NCBI RefSeq assembly: GCF_964213995.1
Contig: NW_027590139.1
Span: forward strand, 310,001 to 374,000
Length of the DNA: 64,000 nucleotides
From: Mustelus asterias
Lineage: Eukaryota
Reading direction: 5' to 3'
The translations under genes were made by a program, and so were the position numbers. Positions 14,600-27,930 of this stretch are shown piece after piece (positions within the stretch are counted from its first letter, which is position 1; each line of letters starts with the position of its first letter). A model generated the notes under the pieces. It was not told the origin of the DNA and searched no databases. It worked only from the letters and a program-made list of their open reading frames with translations.

Positions 14600-16597
14600 T
14601 GCAGCACAGCATTAAAGCAAAAGTTAAAGCATACAAAGCGGCAAAGATTAGTGGGAAGCCAGAGGATTGGGACGCATTTCAAAGCAAGCAGAGGACACTA
14701 AAAAAGCAATAAGGGGGAGAAGATGAAATATGAGTGTAAGCTGGGTAGTAATATGAAATAAGACAGGGAGAGTTTTTTTCAATATAAAAAAAGGTAAGAA
14801 AGATGCAAAAATTGCCATTGGACCACTGGAAAATTAGACTGGAGAAGTAATAACAGGAAACAAAGCAATGGCAGAGGAACTGAATAGTTACTTTGCATCA
14901 GTCTTCACGGTGGAAGACACCAGTGGAATGCCAGAGCTCCAGGAGAGTCCAGGGGCACAGGTGACTGTAGTGGCCATCACTAAGGAGAAGATTCTGGGTA
15001 AATTGAAAGGTCTGAAGGTGGATAAATCACCTGGACCGGAAGGACGACACCGCAGGGTTCTAAAAGAGATAACTGAGGAAATTGTGGAAGCATTGGTGGT
15101 GGTCTTTCAGAAATCACTGGAGGCAGGGACTGTACCAGAGGACTGGAAAGTAGTGAATGCAGCACCACTGTTTAAGAAGGGAGGGAGGCAGCAGACGAGA
15201 AACTATAGGCCGGTTAGCCTGACTTCGGTCATTGGCAAGACTTTAAATTCCATTATCAAAGATGAGACCGCAGAGTACATGGAAGTGCATGATAAAGTAG
15301 GAATGAGTCAGCACAGTTTTGTGAAGGGGAGGTAATATCTGACAAATCTGTTAGAGTTCTTGGAGGAGGTAACAAGGAAGTTAGATAAATGAGAGCCAGT
15401 GGACATGATTTATTTAGATTTCCAGAAGGCCTTTGACAAGGTGCCGAAAAGGAGACTGTTAAATAAGTTAAATGCCCATGGTGTTAAGGGTAAGATCCTG
15501 GCATGGATAGAGGATTGGTTGATTGGCAGAAGGCAGAGAGTGGGAAAAAAGGGGTCTTTCTCAGGATGGCAGCCGGTGACTAGTGGTGTGCCTCAGGGGT
15601 CAGTGCTGGGACCACAACTTTTCACAGTATGCATTAGCGATTTGGAGGAAAGAACTGAAGATACTGTTGCTAAGTTTGCAGACGATACAAAGACATGTAG
15701 AGGGACAGGTAATATTGAGTAAGCAGGGGGGCTGCAGAAGGGCTTGGACAGGTTAGCAGAGTCGGCAAAGATGTGGCAGCTGGAATACAATTTGGAAAAG
15801 TGTGAGGTTACGCGCTTGGAAGGAGGAATGGAGGCATAGACTATTTTCTAAATGGGAAAATGCTGAGGAAATCAAAAATACGAAGGGACTTGGGAGTCAT
15901 TGTTCAAGATTCTCTTAAGGTTAAAGTGCAGGTTCAGGAAGGCAAATGCAATGTTTGCATTCATGTCGAGAGGGCTAGAATACAAGAGCAGGGATGTACT
16001 TCTGAGGCTGTACAAGGCTCTGGTCAGATCCAATTGGAGTATTGTGAGTCTTGGGCCCCATATCTAAGGAAGGATGTGCTGGCCATGGAAAGGGTCCAGT
16101 GGAGTTTCACAAGAATGATTCCTGGAATGAAGCGCTTGCTGTATGAGGAATGGTTGAGTCCTCTGGATCTGTACTCGTTGGAGTTTTGAAGGATGAGGGG
16201 AGATCTTATTGAAACTTTCAGGCTACTGCGAGGCCTGGATAGAGTGGGCGTGGAGAGGATGTTTCCACTCGTAGGAAAAACTAGAACCAGAGGGCATAAC
16301 CTCAGACTAAAGGGACGATCCTTTAAAACAGAGATGAGGAGGAATTTCTTCAGCCAGAGTGTGGTAAATTTGTGGATCTCTTGCCGCAGAAGGCTGTGGA
16401 GGCGAGGTCATTGGGTGTTTTTAAGACAAAGATAGAGGGGTTTGTGAGTAATAAGAGGATCAGTGCTTATGGGGAAACGGCAAGAGAATGTGGATGAGAA
16501 AAATGTCAGCCATGATTGAATGGCGGAGCAGACTCGATGGACCGAGTGGCCTCATTCTGCTCCTATGTCTTATGTTTTATGGACTTATGGTCTTATA
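14600..16597 (+). mobile_element. CR1-type LINE, ~2 kb 3' portion including the RT domain, inactivated
   Basis: [36 protein letters not shown]; stops and frameshifts; (CTTATG)-type tail. Confidence 0.92.
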
Positions 16598-17159
16598 TAC
16601 TGACACACTTGGAATAAAGGACCTGCTTCGATTTTTGAAGTAGTAAATCACAAATATGTGCATGTAGAACAGCAAATTTTAGGACAAGCTATCGTCACAT
16701 CCATTCATCCACTCACTGATTCCTCAATCAAAACATTCAGGCATCCAACTATCGTTCATCCCTGCATCACCGCAAGCATTCCTTTATTTTTGGTTAGATG
16801 GTGGCGTAATATTAATGCCAGTGTACCAGTAATCCAGAAGTCCAGGCCAATGACGTGGAGACACGAGATTAAATCCGACCCTGGCAGCTGGTGGAATTTG
16901 AATTCAATCAATAAATCTGGAATACATACTGACAGCGACCAGATAAACCTCTCTGATTCCCCAATGAAGGAAATCTGCCATCCCTACCTGGTCTCATCAG
17001 GATGTGACTGCAGACGGACAGCAATATAACTAACTGGGCAATGCCTTCTGAGATGCCCTAGCATACCACTCAGTTCAAGAGAAATTAGGCAAAGGGAATA
17101 AATGTTGGCCTTTCCAGAGATTCTGACGTCCCATGGAAGGGTAAAGTGAAATAAAACAC

Positions 17160-18300
17160 AAGCATACATGTTTTTCTAGTATAAAATATATCACCTCTCT
17201 GAATCAACTCTCATAATCTGCCGGTATTTTTTTTATATCCATCCATCAATGTTTTGTTGTGTTGGAGAGATCATCATTGTTGCTAACAAGGTGCCAGAGG
17301 AGCTGAATACTTTCTTTTCCGAAGAAATGGCAAACATTCATAGATGTTTGCAACTTAAAAATAATTAAATTGCCTCCAGTACTGTTGCTGGGTAGATTTG
17401 TTTATAAATAGGCCCCATTGACAATGCTGAGAGTTTGAAGTTGGCTTGCAGCCAAGTGTTCAGTACTGAGGAAACAGGTTTTTGATTTACTGAACAAACA
17501 CCCTCAGATGCTTCCTGTAAATGTTTTTGGGTATTTGGCAGCAGGCTGGACTGTTGCCAAATACTGCGTAGGACAGATTAACGTGAATCTGTAAGGATAA
17601 CATGGGACTTCGTCAGTTATACAATAAATGTTTTATTCCCAAAAGGAAGGCACATTTTAAATGGCTTTTCTTCTAAGCAAATATTTTAAATGAATGCACT
17701 TTTCATTATGTGATTAAAAAGTATCGGAAACTAGTCAATTGACTTGATGCTATTTCATTTGTATAGCCTCCAAAGAAATGTCCTTCCAACAATTAAAGCC
17801 TCTTTATGAACAACTTCATGAAGTGCAGGAAAAATATGTTGATGTCCCCAATCCCTCAGTCCCATGAGATCAGTGTAAAGGCACAAAAATGAAAATAATT
17901 AAAAGTAAAAGAAAATCATATATCTACCTTGAACAGCGGGAATTTCTGGAAAATTCTCAATGTTCTGCTCCTTATTAAAAACTTATACCTGATGTACAAC
18001 GTGTTCTGTTGTCCAGCATAATCTGGTTTCGATTATTTAACAGTCCCTCTCATAACTGCCAATGAGTGAAGAAATGACCAGTTCATAACCTGGTTCAGTG
18101 AAAGATAAAATATTTATTCTTGTGATATTGTGCATTATGCCGCAAAGTCCTGATGTCCTGTGTTCCCAATACCAGCTGCTGGCCAATAAAATGAACTGTC
18201 ATGACTTGGATGCTGAAGGAGAACTTTCCTGATAGCCGTGTCCGTTCTAATTCATTAGCTTCTTTGTCAAAAGTCAATGTCAATTTTATGTTTCTCTGTC
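17160..18300 (-). mobile_element. Probable upstream (endonuclease/linker) part of the same ancient RTE element; paralog at ~29560-30715
   Basis: Lies 5' of the RTE RT fragment on the minus strand in both duplicate units; only weak residual peptide similarity. Confidence 0.35.
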
Positions 18301-19294
18301 AACGCAATGCTTAATTGTAAGTCAAGAAGTTTCCTTTCACCGTTAACTTTCACAGGGTTAAGGAGCTGTTGGGGAAATATAAGGTGTAACATTGTATCAG
18401 ATAAGGAGTTTATTTTGTTAATTTATTCGTGGGCGACAAGGTGGCATAGTGGTTACCATTGCTGCTTCACAGCATCAGGGACCGTGGTTCAATTCCCGGA
18501 ATGGGTCACTGTCTGTGTGTAGTCTGCACATTCTCCAATTGTCTGCCTGTTTACTCCCATGGTCCAAAGATATGCCGATTCGGTTGATTGGCGATGATGA
18601 ATTGTCCCATAGAATCAAGTGAATTAGCAGGGAATATATGAATTAGCAGGGATGGGAATAGGGCCTGGGTGGGAGCGTTGTCGCTGCGGGCCCGATATGC
18701 TCCTTCTGCTCTGCAGGGATTCTATGGACATGGGTGCCGCTGGCTGATCAGCATTTATTGCCCACCCATTGTCGAGGGCAGTTGAGAGCTAAATACATTG
18801 CTGTGGCTCTGCAATCACATGTCGGTTAGATGAGGTAAGGACGGCATATTTCCTGCTCTAAAGGACATTAATGAACAAGATAGGTTTTTACACAATCGAC
18901 AATGATATCATGGTCATAAGTAGATTCTTAATTCCAGATGTTTTTACTGAATTTAAATTCCATCATCTGCCGTGGCGGGATTCGAAGCCGGGTCCTGAGA
19001 ACATTAGTTGAGTTTGTGGATTAATTGTCTAGCGATAATAACACTAGGCCACTGCTTCCCTTCTTCTTATATCCAGTCCCAAATTACAGTGATAGCTATC
19101 CACACCTGAAACACAATCATCCCAGCATTAAGTTACATAATTCGATAATAATTCTTCCAATGAATTATATTTCGCTGTAATGTGTTAGAGACACAGAATT
19201 ATTGCAAATCAGACTGACGTCTTTACCCTGATAAGGTAATGTCATCTGTTTATGTCCATTCCCTTGTGAAGAGGTGCAGAAATAAAGGCACTTA

Positions 19295-19565
19295 ATTGGT
19301 ACAAAGTGTAAATTATTGTTTCTTGCGCACTATACAGTCAGAGCATAACGTATATAGGGAAGGAAGGGAGAGAGTGAATAATGTAAATTTTGCAGTCATA
19401 GCTGGGATGTAGAGAAAGATGAACTTAATGCGACAGAGGTCCATTCAAACGTCTGATTGCAGCAGGAAATAAATTGTTTTTGAGTCGGTTTATACGTGTC
19501 CTCAGACTTTTGTACCTTGTTCCCGATGGGAAAAGGTGAGAGAGTATGTCCGAAGTGCGTGGCGT
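19295..19565 (-). mobile_element. LINE 3' end (Rex1/Babar-like), same family as 57340-57731
   Basis: Reverse complement matches 57450-57720 (aaagtctgag...ctcaagaacagcttcttccctg...cagacttttgaatggacct). Confidence 0.65.
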
Positions 19566-19598
19566 TTTATTTTCATAGGATTTTAGATATTTTTATAA

Positions 19599-20113
19599 GT
19601 GTCGAATCGGAGGTTGCGTTGAGTCAGCGAGAGGCAGAAACTGGGCGCCCCTGAAACTCTTTGAGACTGACCTGCAAAGCCAACGCGTTCAATGTTGGCA
19701 GTAACTGGATGGTCTGGGTCCGACAGGTCCCTGAACAGTGTTTACAGTGTCTTCTTCAGTACGATAGTCTTGGGTCAACCTACAATTCCTCCACCCCAGG
19801 GATTCAGAATCAATTTACCCAACCAAAGACACTTCAAACAACGGAAAGAGAAAATGCTGGAAAATCTCAGCAAGTCTGGCAGCATCTGTAAGTAGAGAGA
19901 AGAACTGACTTTTCGATTCCAGATGAACCTTTGTCAAAACATTCGAAATGTCAGCTATTTTCTCTCCTCAGATATTGCCAGGCCTGCTGAGATTTTCCAG
20001 CATTTTCTCTTTTGGTTTCAATTCCAGAATCCGTAGTAATTTGCTTTTATACTTCAAACGAAATCGTCTCTTTGGAAATAACTGAAAACAGAAGATTCCT
20101 ATCTTTACCCTGT
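19599..20113 (+). pseudogene. VH pseudogene
   Basis: [43 protein letters not shown]...PGIQNQFT aligns with the intact VH. Lesions: acceptor AG>AA, TGA at 19652, 1-nt FR3 deletion, 211-bp insertion in FR3, no leader, no RSS. Confidence 0.92.
19840..20050. mobile_element. Palindromic Penelope-like terminal-repeat insertion with 9-bp TSD
   Basis: ACTTCAAAC at 19831-39 and 20051-59; internal inverted arms GAGAAAATGCTGGAAAATCTCAGCA / TGCTGAGATTTTCCAGCATTTTCTC. Confidence 0.75.
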
Positions 20114-20479
20114 CTGTTCTGCATAGACTCCAATTCCACTATGATGAAAATGACTCTTAGCCACTACTGAAATTGCCGGTCAGGCCAGTCAGTTGTATCA
20201 AAGCTGCTATGGAAAAACAAATAATAAAATCATCCCGAGGGCAGGTTTCAACAAGGTGGTTCACAACCGCCTTCTCAGCAGGGACAACTAAATGTTGGCT
20301 TTGTCAGTGATGCTCACATCCAGAGGATCAATAACAACAGTGTAAAGTGCTGCCGATTCTGGAAATCTAAAACTAAAGCAACACAAATGCTACTGAGCAG
20401 GTCAGTGTGCATAAGCAGATAGAGAACCAGATTCACATTTAAAATCGATGCCAGGATGCAAAATCTCATTGATATAATT

Positions 20480-20716
20480 CGAAAGAGCAAGGCTGTTCTC
20501 CCCAATATCCTTCCTTAATACTGATTCTTCAAACAAAATCACAAATTTACTGGCAATTTATCACATCTCGGTTTGTGGGAGTTTGTTGTACGTACATTAC
20601 CTGGTGTATTTGCAATATGATAGCAGTGACTAAATTCAGCAAAGGAACATTAGTGAGTTTTAAGAACTTTGGGACTACATGAAGTCCGGTAAAGCGTTTT
20701 ATAAATGTAAGCTCTA
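20480..20716 (+). mobile_element. DeuSINE (SacSINE1/AmnSINE1-like) fragment
   Basis: TTATCACAT...GTTTGTGGGAGTTTG...CAGTGACTA...CTTTGGGAC...AAAGCGTTTTATAAATGTAAG resembles the recalled Deu domain and 3' tail. Confidence 0.6.
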
Positions 20717-22164
20717 CCAAAATGAAAGTTGTAATACGGAAGTGCTGAGAGATTAATGCGAATATATTCATTCCTCTGCTGATCATAGCAGCATAGAATC
20801 ATAGAATCCAGTGCAGTGCAGTAGGAGGCCATTCGGTCCATCAAGTCTGCAGCTGCTCTCCAGCAGAGCATCCTATCCAGGCCCAGCCTTCACCCTATCC
20901 CGACAACCTCACATATTCAGAGGCTAATGTCTCTAACCTACACATCGTTGGACACTAAGGGGCAATTTAGAATCGCCAATCCACCTTCGGCCTGGGAATG
21001 ATGCCCTGCTGGACAGCTGGTGCAGACTTGATGAAGCGAATGGTCTCCTTCTGCACTGTAGGGATTCTGTGATTCTCCGTTGCTCATCCTTGGACTCAAA
21101 GGAGCAATTTATCATACCAATCCACCTAGCCCGTACATCCTTGGACTCTGGAAGGAAACCGGAGCACCGGAGGAAACTCACATGGACATGGTCGAATGTG
21201 AAAAACCACACACAGTCATCCAAGTTTGGAATCGAACCCGCTTCCCTGTCACTGTGAGGCAGCAATGCTACTTGTATCACTTAGTGATAACCACACTGGA
21301 TTTTTTATTCTCCCCTCGTGTGAGTCTGATCACTAATTCTGACAGGAATATTTCACACATCAGTTCTCTTTGTTTTAACTTGTCTAGTTGAAGCAATTTA
21401 GATCATCAATCAAATTAACATTCAGTGGAATACCAGCCTGTTCACAGATACTTTATTTATTGTGACATCAGAACTTTCAGAACAAATTCTTAAATAGAAT
21501 GTATTTATTCATTTAATTAAATAGCATCTGGTGTAATGTATGTTAAAAAAGATTTCTATTCATTTTGAACCAACTGTTAATATTCTTAAAATAACCGCTA
21601 TTTTGAGTTGAAACGAATGAATAAGTGACGGTTTATCTGTTTTTGCTGCCATGAACATTTCATTGTAAACAGTGAGGTGTTTATGTAAATAAACACAGAA
21701 ATAGAAATCCCAGATTAGATTGTTGACTGACGAAAACACAACAAATATTTCCCCACCAACACAGCACAGAAATAGAGACAAACATGCAAATCGAACAACG
21801 GATTCCAGAAATGATTGTTTTTATACTTTAGTTATTCATCGATTATATGAGGAAAAAAATCATGACAATATCTATGTTCAGAATTAGGAAATAATCCATC
21901 TGATCCCGAAATGTGATAACACGGCAAATGTGTTCGTGGAAATTCCCTGTGTTTCATCTCTCTCTGTCTGTCTTTCTCCTTCTGGTTCTGTGTCTTGTCT
22001 CTTCACGATAGTTCATCGTCTTCCCTCCACAACCTGAATTCAATGTTGCCCAATGTATTCTCTCAGCCAGAGTTGTAAGGAATGCAACGCAATGAATTGG
22101 AATCCATGAGGGAGATTTAATCTAAAAGATCTCTTGAGCATTCTATGATCTTGGGATATTTTAT

Positions 22165-22740
22165 ACATTTTCCTCTGTATCTAACCTGTGTTGTACCTCG
22201 TAACAAGGATTCGATGTGGCAGTACCAAAGAAATTTTCCCTGTATTTATCCCTGCCCTTGGACTGTTTGACTGGACAGTGTAGAGGAATATTTAGTCTGC
22301 ATCTAAACTCACGTAACTGCCCTTTGAATGTTTGATATTACTTGTAAAGGGAGATTTAATCCGTATCTAATCTCTGCTGTACCTGACCTGGGTGTATTTT
22401 ATGGACTGTGTCGAGGGATCTTACCCCTCTACCGAACACCAATTCAAACTTGCCTCCCGATTCTCTGAAGGAAAAATGCAGAAGTGGTTTTACCTAGAAG
22501 AGAGTCCCTGGTCTGTATGCCTTCATTGTATTTGAACAGACTTTGTAGAGGGAGTTCCACTCTTTTTCTGGACAGGCTCCCTTTTCCAGGAATGTTTGAT
22601 TTTGATAGTGAGAGGGAGGTTCACTTTGTATCAAAATCATGCTATTCCTGACTTGGGAGTGTTAAATTTGGCAATGCATGGGGGAACTTTACAGCTAACC
22701 CCATGTTACTCTTGTCCTGTGAATTTTTGATGGGGCAGTA
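22165..22740 (+). repeat. Degenerate ~60-65 bp minisatellite; also at ~5030-5210, 5920-6050, 37200-37360, 53430-53560
   Basis: Recurring ctgtatctaac...ctgtacctg(c/a)cctggg(a/t)gtgtttgat...gacagtgtagaggga units. Confidence 0.75.
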
Positions 22741-25559
22741 GGCCGTCTCTCCAAATTTCATGGAGATTGAACCAGCTTCTTTATTAGACAGTAAATTTAC
22801 CCTGTGTCAGCTTCTATTATATAAGGTCATGCCTCGGTTTATGTTGCACGAGACCCTATCTCTACACATATTAAACGAGATGCTTTCTCTGAATATACTA
22901 AATTAGACCTTGTCCTTGTTTATATTATGCATCAACATGTTTCAGTTTATATCAAACTAGACGCTGTATCGGTTTGTATTAATTTAGACCTGTCTGTTTG
23001 TATTAAACTAGATGGAGTCTTATTTCTGCACTTGACCCTATCCACGTTTATATTGCATTGGACATGGTCTCAGTTTTTACTGCACTGGACAATGCCAGTA
23101 ATGAGGAAAGTTTTAGGGGGACACAATTCTCTGCATCCTCTTAAACAAGGAAAAGAAGCAGTGTTATCTGAAATCTACTTCTGCTGACTGCATTGAGAAT
23201 GGTTCTGCAGACCTGTATAGCATGCACTGTCAACACAGATCAAAGAACAAGAAAAGTTACTGCAGAGGAACAGGCCCTTTGGCACTGGAACCCCGCACCG
23301 ACCAAATACTGTCGATCCAATACTGCCTGTTTCAGAATCCTGCCAGAGACCACTGTTTTTCATCCAACATAATATCTCTTCTTCTCGTAGAACCGCGGAG
23401 AAATGCAGACATCATTCAAATGGAGGCAAAGTTAAGCACAGGCATAACACTAACACAGTCTAGTGAAATATGTACAGGGTCAGGATCAAATATTACTTAA
23501 CCAGAGAGTATGGCTAGTGCAATATAAACTGATTTCTAGTCTAGCAGTGTATTAACAGAGACAGACTCTAATTTAACATAAACCCTGATCCAGCAAAATA
23601 GAAATGGGTTTCTTTCCGAGTGCCATGTGGGGATGGTCAAAGGCCAAATGCTGATCTTTTCAGTGACACCCACATCCCATGAAACAAACATTACAAATAT
23701 ATATGACAATGTCGAGGAAAATAAAACTGAGACAGTGTCTAGTGCAGTTTTACTGGACATAGGAGCTTATGCATATAAACTGAGACAGAGCCCAGTAATT
23801 AATGATACAGGACCTAAATGTCTTAAGAGTGAGACGGAGTCAAGTGCATTAGTAATAATTACTAATAGATACAGGACAGTGACAGATGTAAACTGAGACA
23901 GAGTCCAGTGTATTAGTAATGATTACTGATACAGCACCTAGACTGATGTAAACTGAGACAGAGCCCAGTTTATTTGTAATAATTACTGGTACAGGGCCTA
24001 GACTGATACACACTGAGATACGGACAATGCAGCAATTAGGAGGTATTGCAAAATGCAATTATAGCTCAGACGTGATATAGTCTGAAATAAATAAATGCAT
24101 GGACTGGTGCAGCATTAACGCAAACAGGATCGAGTTTATCAAAATCTAATGAACTATTAGCAAAATAACTGTGACAGAACCATGTGTCATGCATGAAACA
24201 GTTGCTCCAGTTTAGTATGCAGTGGCAAATGTTCTGAGGCAGTAAGAATTGAGACACGGCCTCTTGTCGGATCAGCAGAAGCATGGCTCAGTACAGCCAT
24301 AACTTAGAAATTATAATATAAACAGGGCCTGTGTCTCATATACGAACACCTGATATTGAGCCAAGTGCAGGAAAAAGCTTAGACATGACCTCCTGGAATG
24401 TGATCCAGGCGCAGCCTACTGTAATATAGACAGACGCAGAGGCTAGCTGAATATAGGCAGAGATATGGTCTGTTTAAAATCGTTTCATGTGATTTTGATG
24501 TCACTGGGAAAGTCAGCTTTTGTTGTCAAACCATGATTTCCTTTGAGAATGTGGCGGCAGGCTTTGGGAAGCTGGTGGGTGGGGTGTTCTTCGAGCCAGC
24601 TACTTTCTCCAGAATGACATTGAGCTTTTGAGTGGCACAAGTCAGGCAAGTAGGGAATATTCAATCATTTGTGTCGGCACATATTTGGTGGGCCGAAGAG
24701 CCTGTTCCTGTGCTTTACTGTTCTGTGATATCTGTTCATACTCCAGCCTTTTGCCTTGTAGATGATGGATAAGGAGTTGGGAATTCAGGAGGTGCGTTGT
24801 TCACAGCAGAACTCCGAGCGTCTGACCTGCTCCTGTGGCCACATGATTTAAACGACTGTCTCCGTTCAGATTTTCAAGAATTATAATTCATAGGATGTTG
24901 ATAGTGGGCGCATTCAGCGATGGGTAATGCCATTTAATGTCATTGGGAGTGGTTTGGAATCTCCCTCATTGGAGACTGTCATTGCCTGCCACTTGTGGTG
25001 CATTAATGTTCCTTGCCATTCATTCGCCAAAGACTGAATGTTTTCTAAGTCTTACTGCATATGGGCACAGACTGTGTCAGTAACTGAGGAGTCGCAACTG
25101 GTGCGGAACTTTGTGCAATCACCTGTGAAAATCCCACTTCTGAACTTTGATGAAAGATGAAGCTTGGGGCGAGGTCACTACCTGAAGAAATCCTGCATGA
25201 TTGGCATGATGGCACGATTGACCATCAACAACCATCTTCCTTTGTGCTCAGCATGACTCAGGCAGTGGACTCTGTTCCCCCTGATTCCCATTGACTGCAG
25301 TTTCGCTCGGGCTCCTTGATGCCACAAACGGTCAGACGCTGCGTCGATGTCAAGGGCAGGCACTCTCTATTCACCTTTTTAATTTATTTTTAAAAATCTA
25401 TGTTTGGACTCTTTCCAAATCATTTCTGGAATCGAGTGCTCCGTGCGGGACCCAAATTGAGCATCTTGGTGTGTGTGTGTGTGAAATACATCGTGTTTGA
25501 TACAAATTAATTCCACAATGATCACGTGCATCGTTCCATTACACCACATGACGGACACA

Positions 25560-26050
25560 CAATAAACACATCCAATTCAGATTGGCTTCCTTTACATATG
25601 TCACCTTTTCTGATGATTGAGGAGGCCAATGTTTGAAAAGTTAGTTCGGCCACAAGTGCTGCCCATTAAGCTACCATTCGTCATTGTGTGTTATTGTTTT
25701 TGTGTCATGAATGGACATTAGGAGCTTTGGTGTAAAACCAGTTATCACCAAAATCCTGTATTCCTTGCCCTGCTGACGGTGTTGCATGTCTTAGCGAGAT
25801 TGACCGAAGTACGTTAAAGATATGGACATATATGGAACATGGAGAAGTTGTTGGCTGGAGTAAATCTTCCAATACAATCACTAAACTGCACATCAGATAT
25901 ACCCGGTCTGCAAGCAGATGATGTATTTCAAGTGTGACCCCAGCAAAGATCTTTCCCGTGATGTTATGACTGAGACATGCCTGCAGTTGTAACAGCCTCT
26001 TCCATCGGTTTAGTTTGCAAAAAGTGTGATAAATTTGAATCATGCATGTC
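25560..26050 (-). mobile_element. Ancient RTE-clade RT fragment (paralog of 11600-12230)
   Basis: ITGKIFAGVTL...LLADRVY (cf. IVGKVFARV...LAERVYPE) and SVNLAKTCNTVSRA. Confidence 0.75.
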
Positions 26051-26061
26051 TTATGGAATTG

Positions 26062-26370
26062 TGGGTGCCATGGTGGCACAGTGGTTAGCTCTGTTGCCTC
26101 AGAGTGCCAGGGCCACTGGTTTGGTTCCCGGCGTGGGTCAGTGTCTGTGCGGAGTCTGTACATTCTACCCGTTTATGCGTGGATTTCTACTGGGTGGTCC
26201 AGTTTCCTGCACAGTCCGAAAAGGCATGCCGGTAATGTGCACTGGCCAGGCTAAATTCTCCCTCAGTGTACCCGAGCAGACGCTACAGTGTGGCGACTCA
26301 GGGATTTTATAGTGACTTCATTGCCGTGTTAATGTAAGCCTACTTGTGACATTAATAAATAAACTACAAA
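26062..26370 (+). mobile_element. tRNA-derived shark SINE (HE1-like). Other copies at ~118-310(+), 4310-4582(-), 7550-7835(-), 13378-13705(-), 18430-18730(+), 20790-21290(-), 39835-40135(-), 56335-56580(-), 63880-64000(+)
   Basis: A box TGGCACAGTGG and B-box-like GGTTTGGTTCCC, shared core gtctgtg(c/t)ggagt(c/t)tg(c/t)acattct...gcgtgg(g/a)tttc, tail ...gtaagcctacttgtgac...aataaataaact. Confidence 0.85.
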
Positions 26371-26976
26371 CCTTAAATCTTCCAGCAAATAAGGAGAATG
26401 TCATAAATGTTCAGAAAGATACTAATTAATTTCCCCAATGACCATCCATTCGCAATTTAATAAATGCATTCACCAATTCTCATTCATTCACAAAGGTTAG
26501 TCTATTTAAAATTACTTTATGGAAGGTGGGCGACTGTCTAAGCTATAATTTGTTTCACATTGCTAGTTGCTGGTGGTTAGCCGCCTTCTTGAACCGCTGC
26601 ACAATCTGCAGTGTAGGTACACCCACAGTGCTGTTAGGAAGGGTTCTCATGGATTCCGACCCAGCGACAGTAAAGGAGCGGTAATATATGTCCAAGTCAG
26701 GTTTATAAGCGTCTTGGAGGGGAATATCCAAGCGGGGTTGTTCCAATTCACCAATTAACATCAATTCATACAGATAAACAATTATTTCACCAATTGTATT
26801 CAGCATTTTGATAATTGGAAAATACTGTGGATTCTAGAAACTGAAACAAAAGCAATAAATTCCGAAAATCTCAACAGGTCAGATAGCATCTGTGGAAAGA
26901 GAATAGAGTCAAAGTTTCGAGTCGGGATGACCCTTTCTTTTTATTTGGGGGAAATTGAAGAGGGTGATGACATTGG

Positions 26977-27930
26977 GAAGTGGAAAAGTGAATCGTGTGG
27001 AGGACGGAGAAGTGGAAAAGTGAATCGTGTGGAGGACGGAGAAGATCTGCAGAGAGATTTGGACAGGCTGAGTGAGTGGGCGAGGATATGGCAAATGGAG
27101 TATAACGTTGAGAAATGCGAGGTTATACACTTTGGAGGAAATAATAACAAATGGGATTACTATCTCAATGGAAACAAATTAAAACATGCTACCGTGCAAA
27201 GGGACCTGGGGGTCTTTGTGCATGAGACGCAAAAGCCCAGTCTGCAGGTACAACAGGTGATCAAGAAGGCAAATGGGATGTTGGCCTATATCGCGAGGGG
27301 GATAGAATATAAAAGCAGGGATGTCTTGATGCACCTGTACAGGGCATTGGTGAGGCCGCAGCTGGAATACTGTGTGCAGTATTGGTCCCCTTATATGAGG
27401 AAGGATATATTGGCATTGGAGGGAGTGCAGAGAAGGTTCACCAGGTTGATACCGGAGATGAGGGGTTTGGATTATGAGGAGAGGCTGAGGAGATTGGGTT
27501 TGTACTCGTTGGAGTTTAGAAGGATGAGGGGGGATCTCATGGAGACTTATAAGATAATGCGAGGGCTGGATAGGGTGGAGGCGGAGAGATTCTTTCCACT
27601 TAGTAAGGAAGTTAAAACTAGAGGACACAGCCTCAAAATAAAGGGGGGTCGGTTTAAGACAGAGTTGAGGAGGAACTTCTTCTCCCAGAGGGTGGTGAAT
27701 CTCTGGAATTCTCTGCCCACTGAGGTGGTGGAGGCTACCTCGCTGAATATGTTTAAAGCGCGGATGGATGGATTCCTGATCGGTAAGGGAATTAAGGGTT
27801 ATGGGGATCAGGCGGGTAAGTGGTACTGATCCACGTCAGATCAGCCATGATCTTATTGAATGGCGGGGCAGGCTCGAGGGGCTAGATGGCCTACTCCTGC
27901 TCCTATTTCTTATGTTCTTATGTTCTTATG
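26977..27930 (+). mobile_element. Young 5'-truncated CR1-type LINE
   Basis: Uninterrupted ORF2 C-terminus to TGA at 27829; (TTCTTATG)n tail; 32-bp tandem duplication at its 5' end (26977-27040). Confidence 0.93.
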
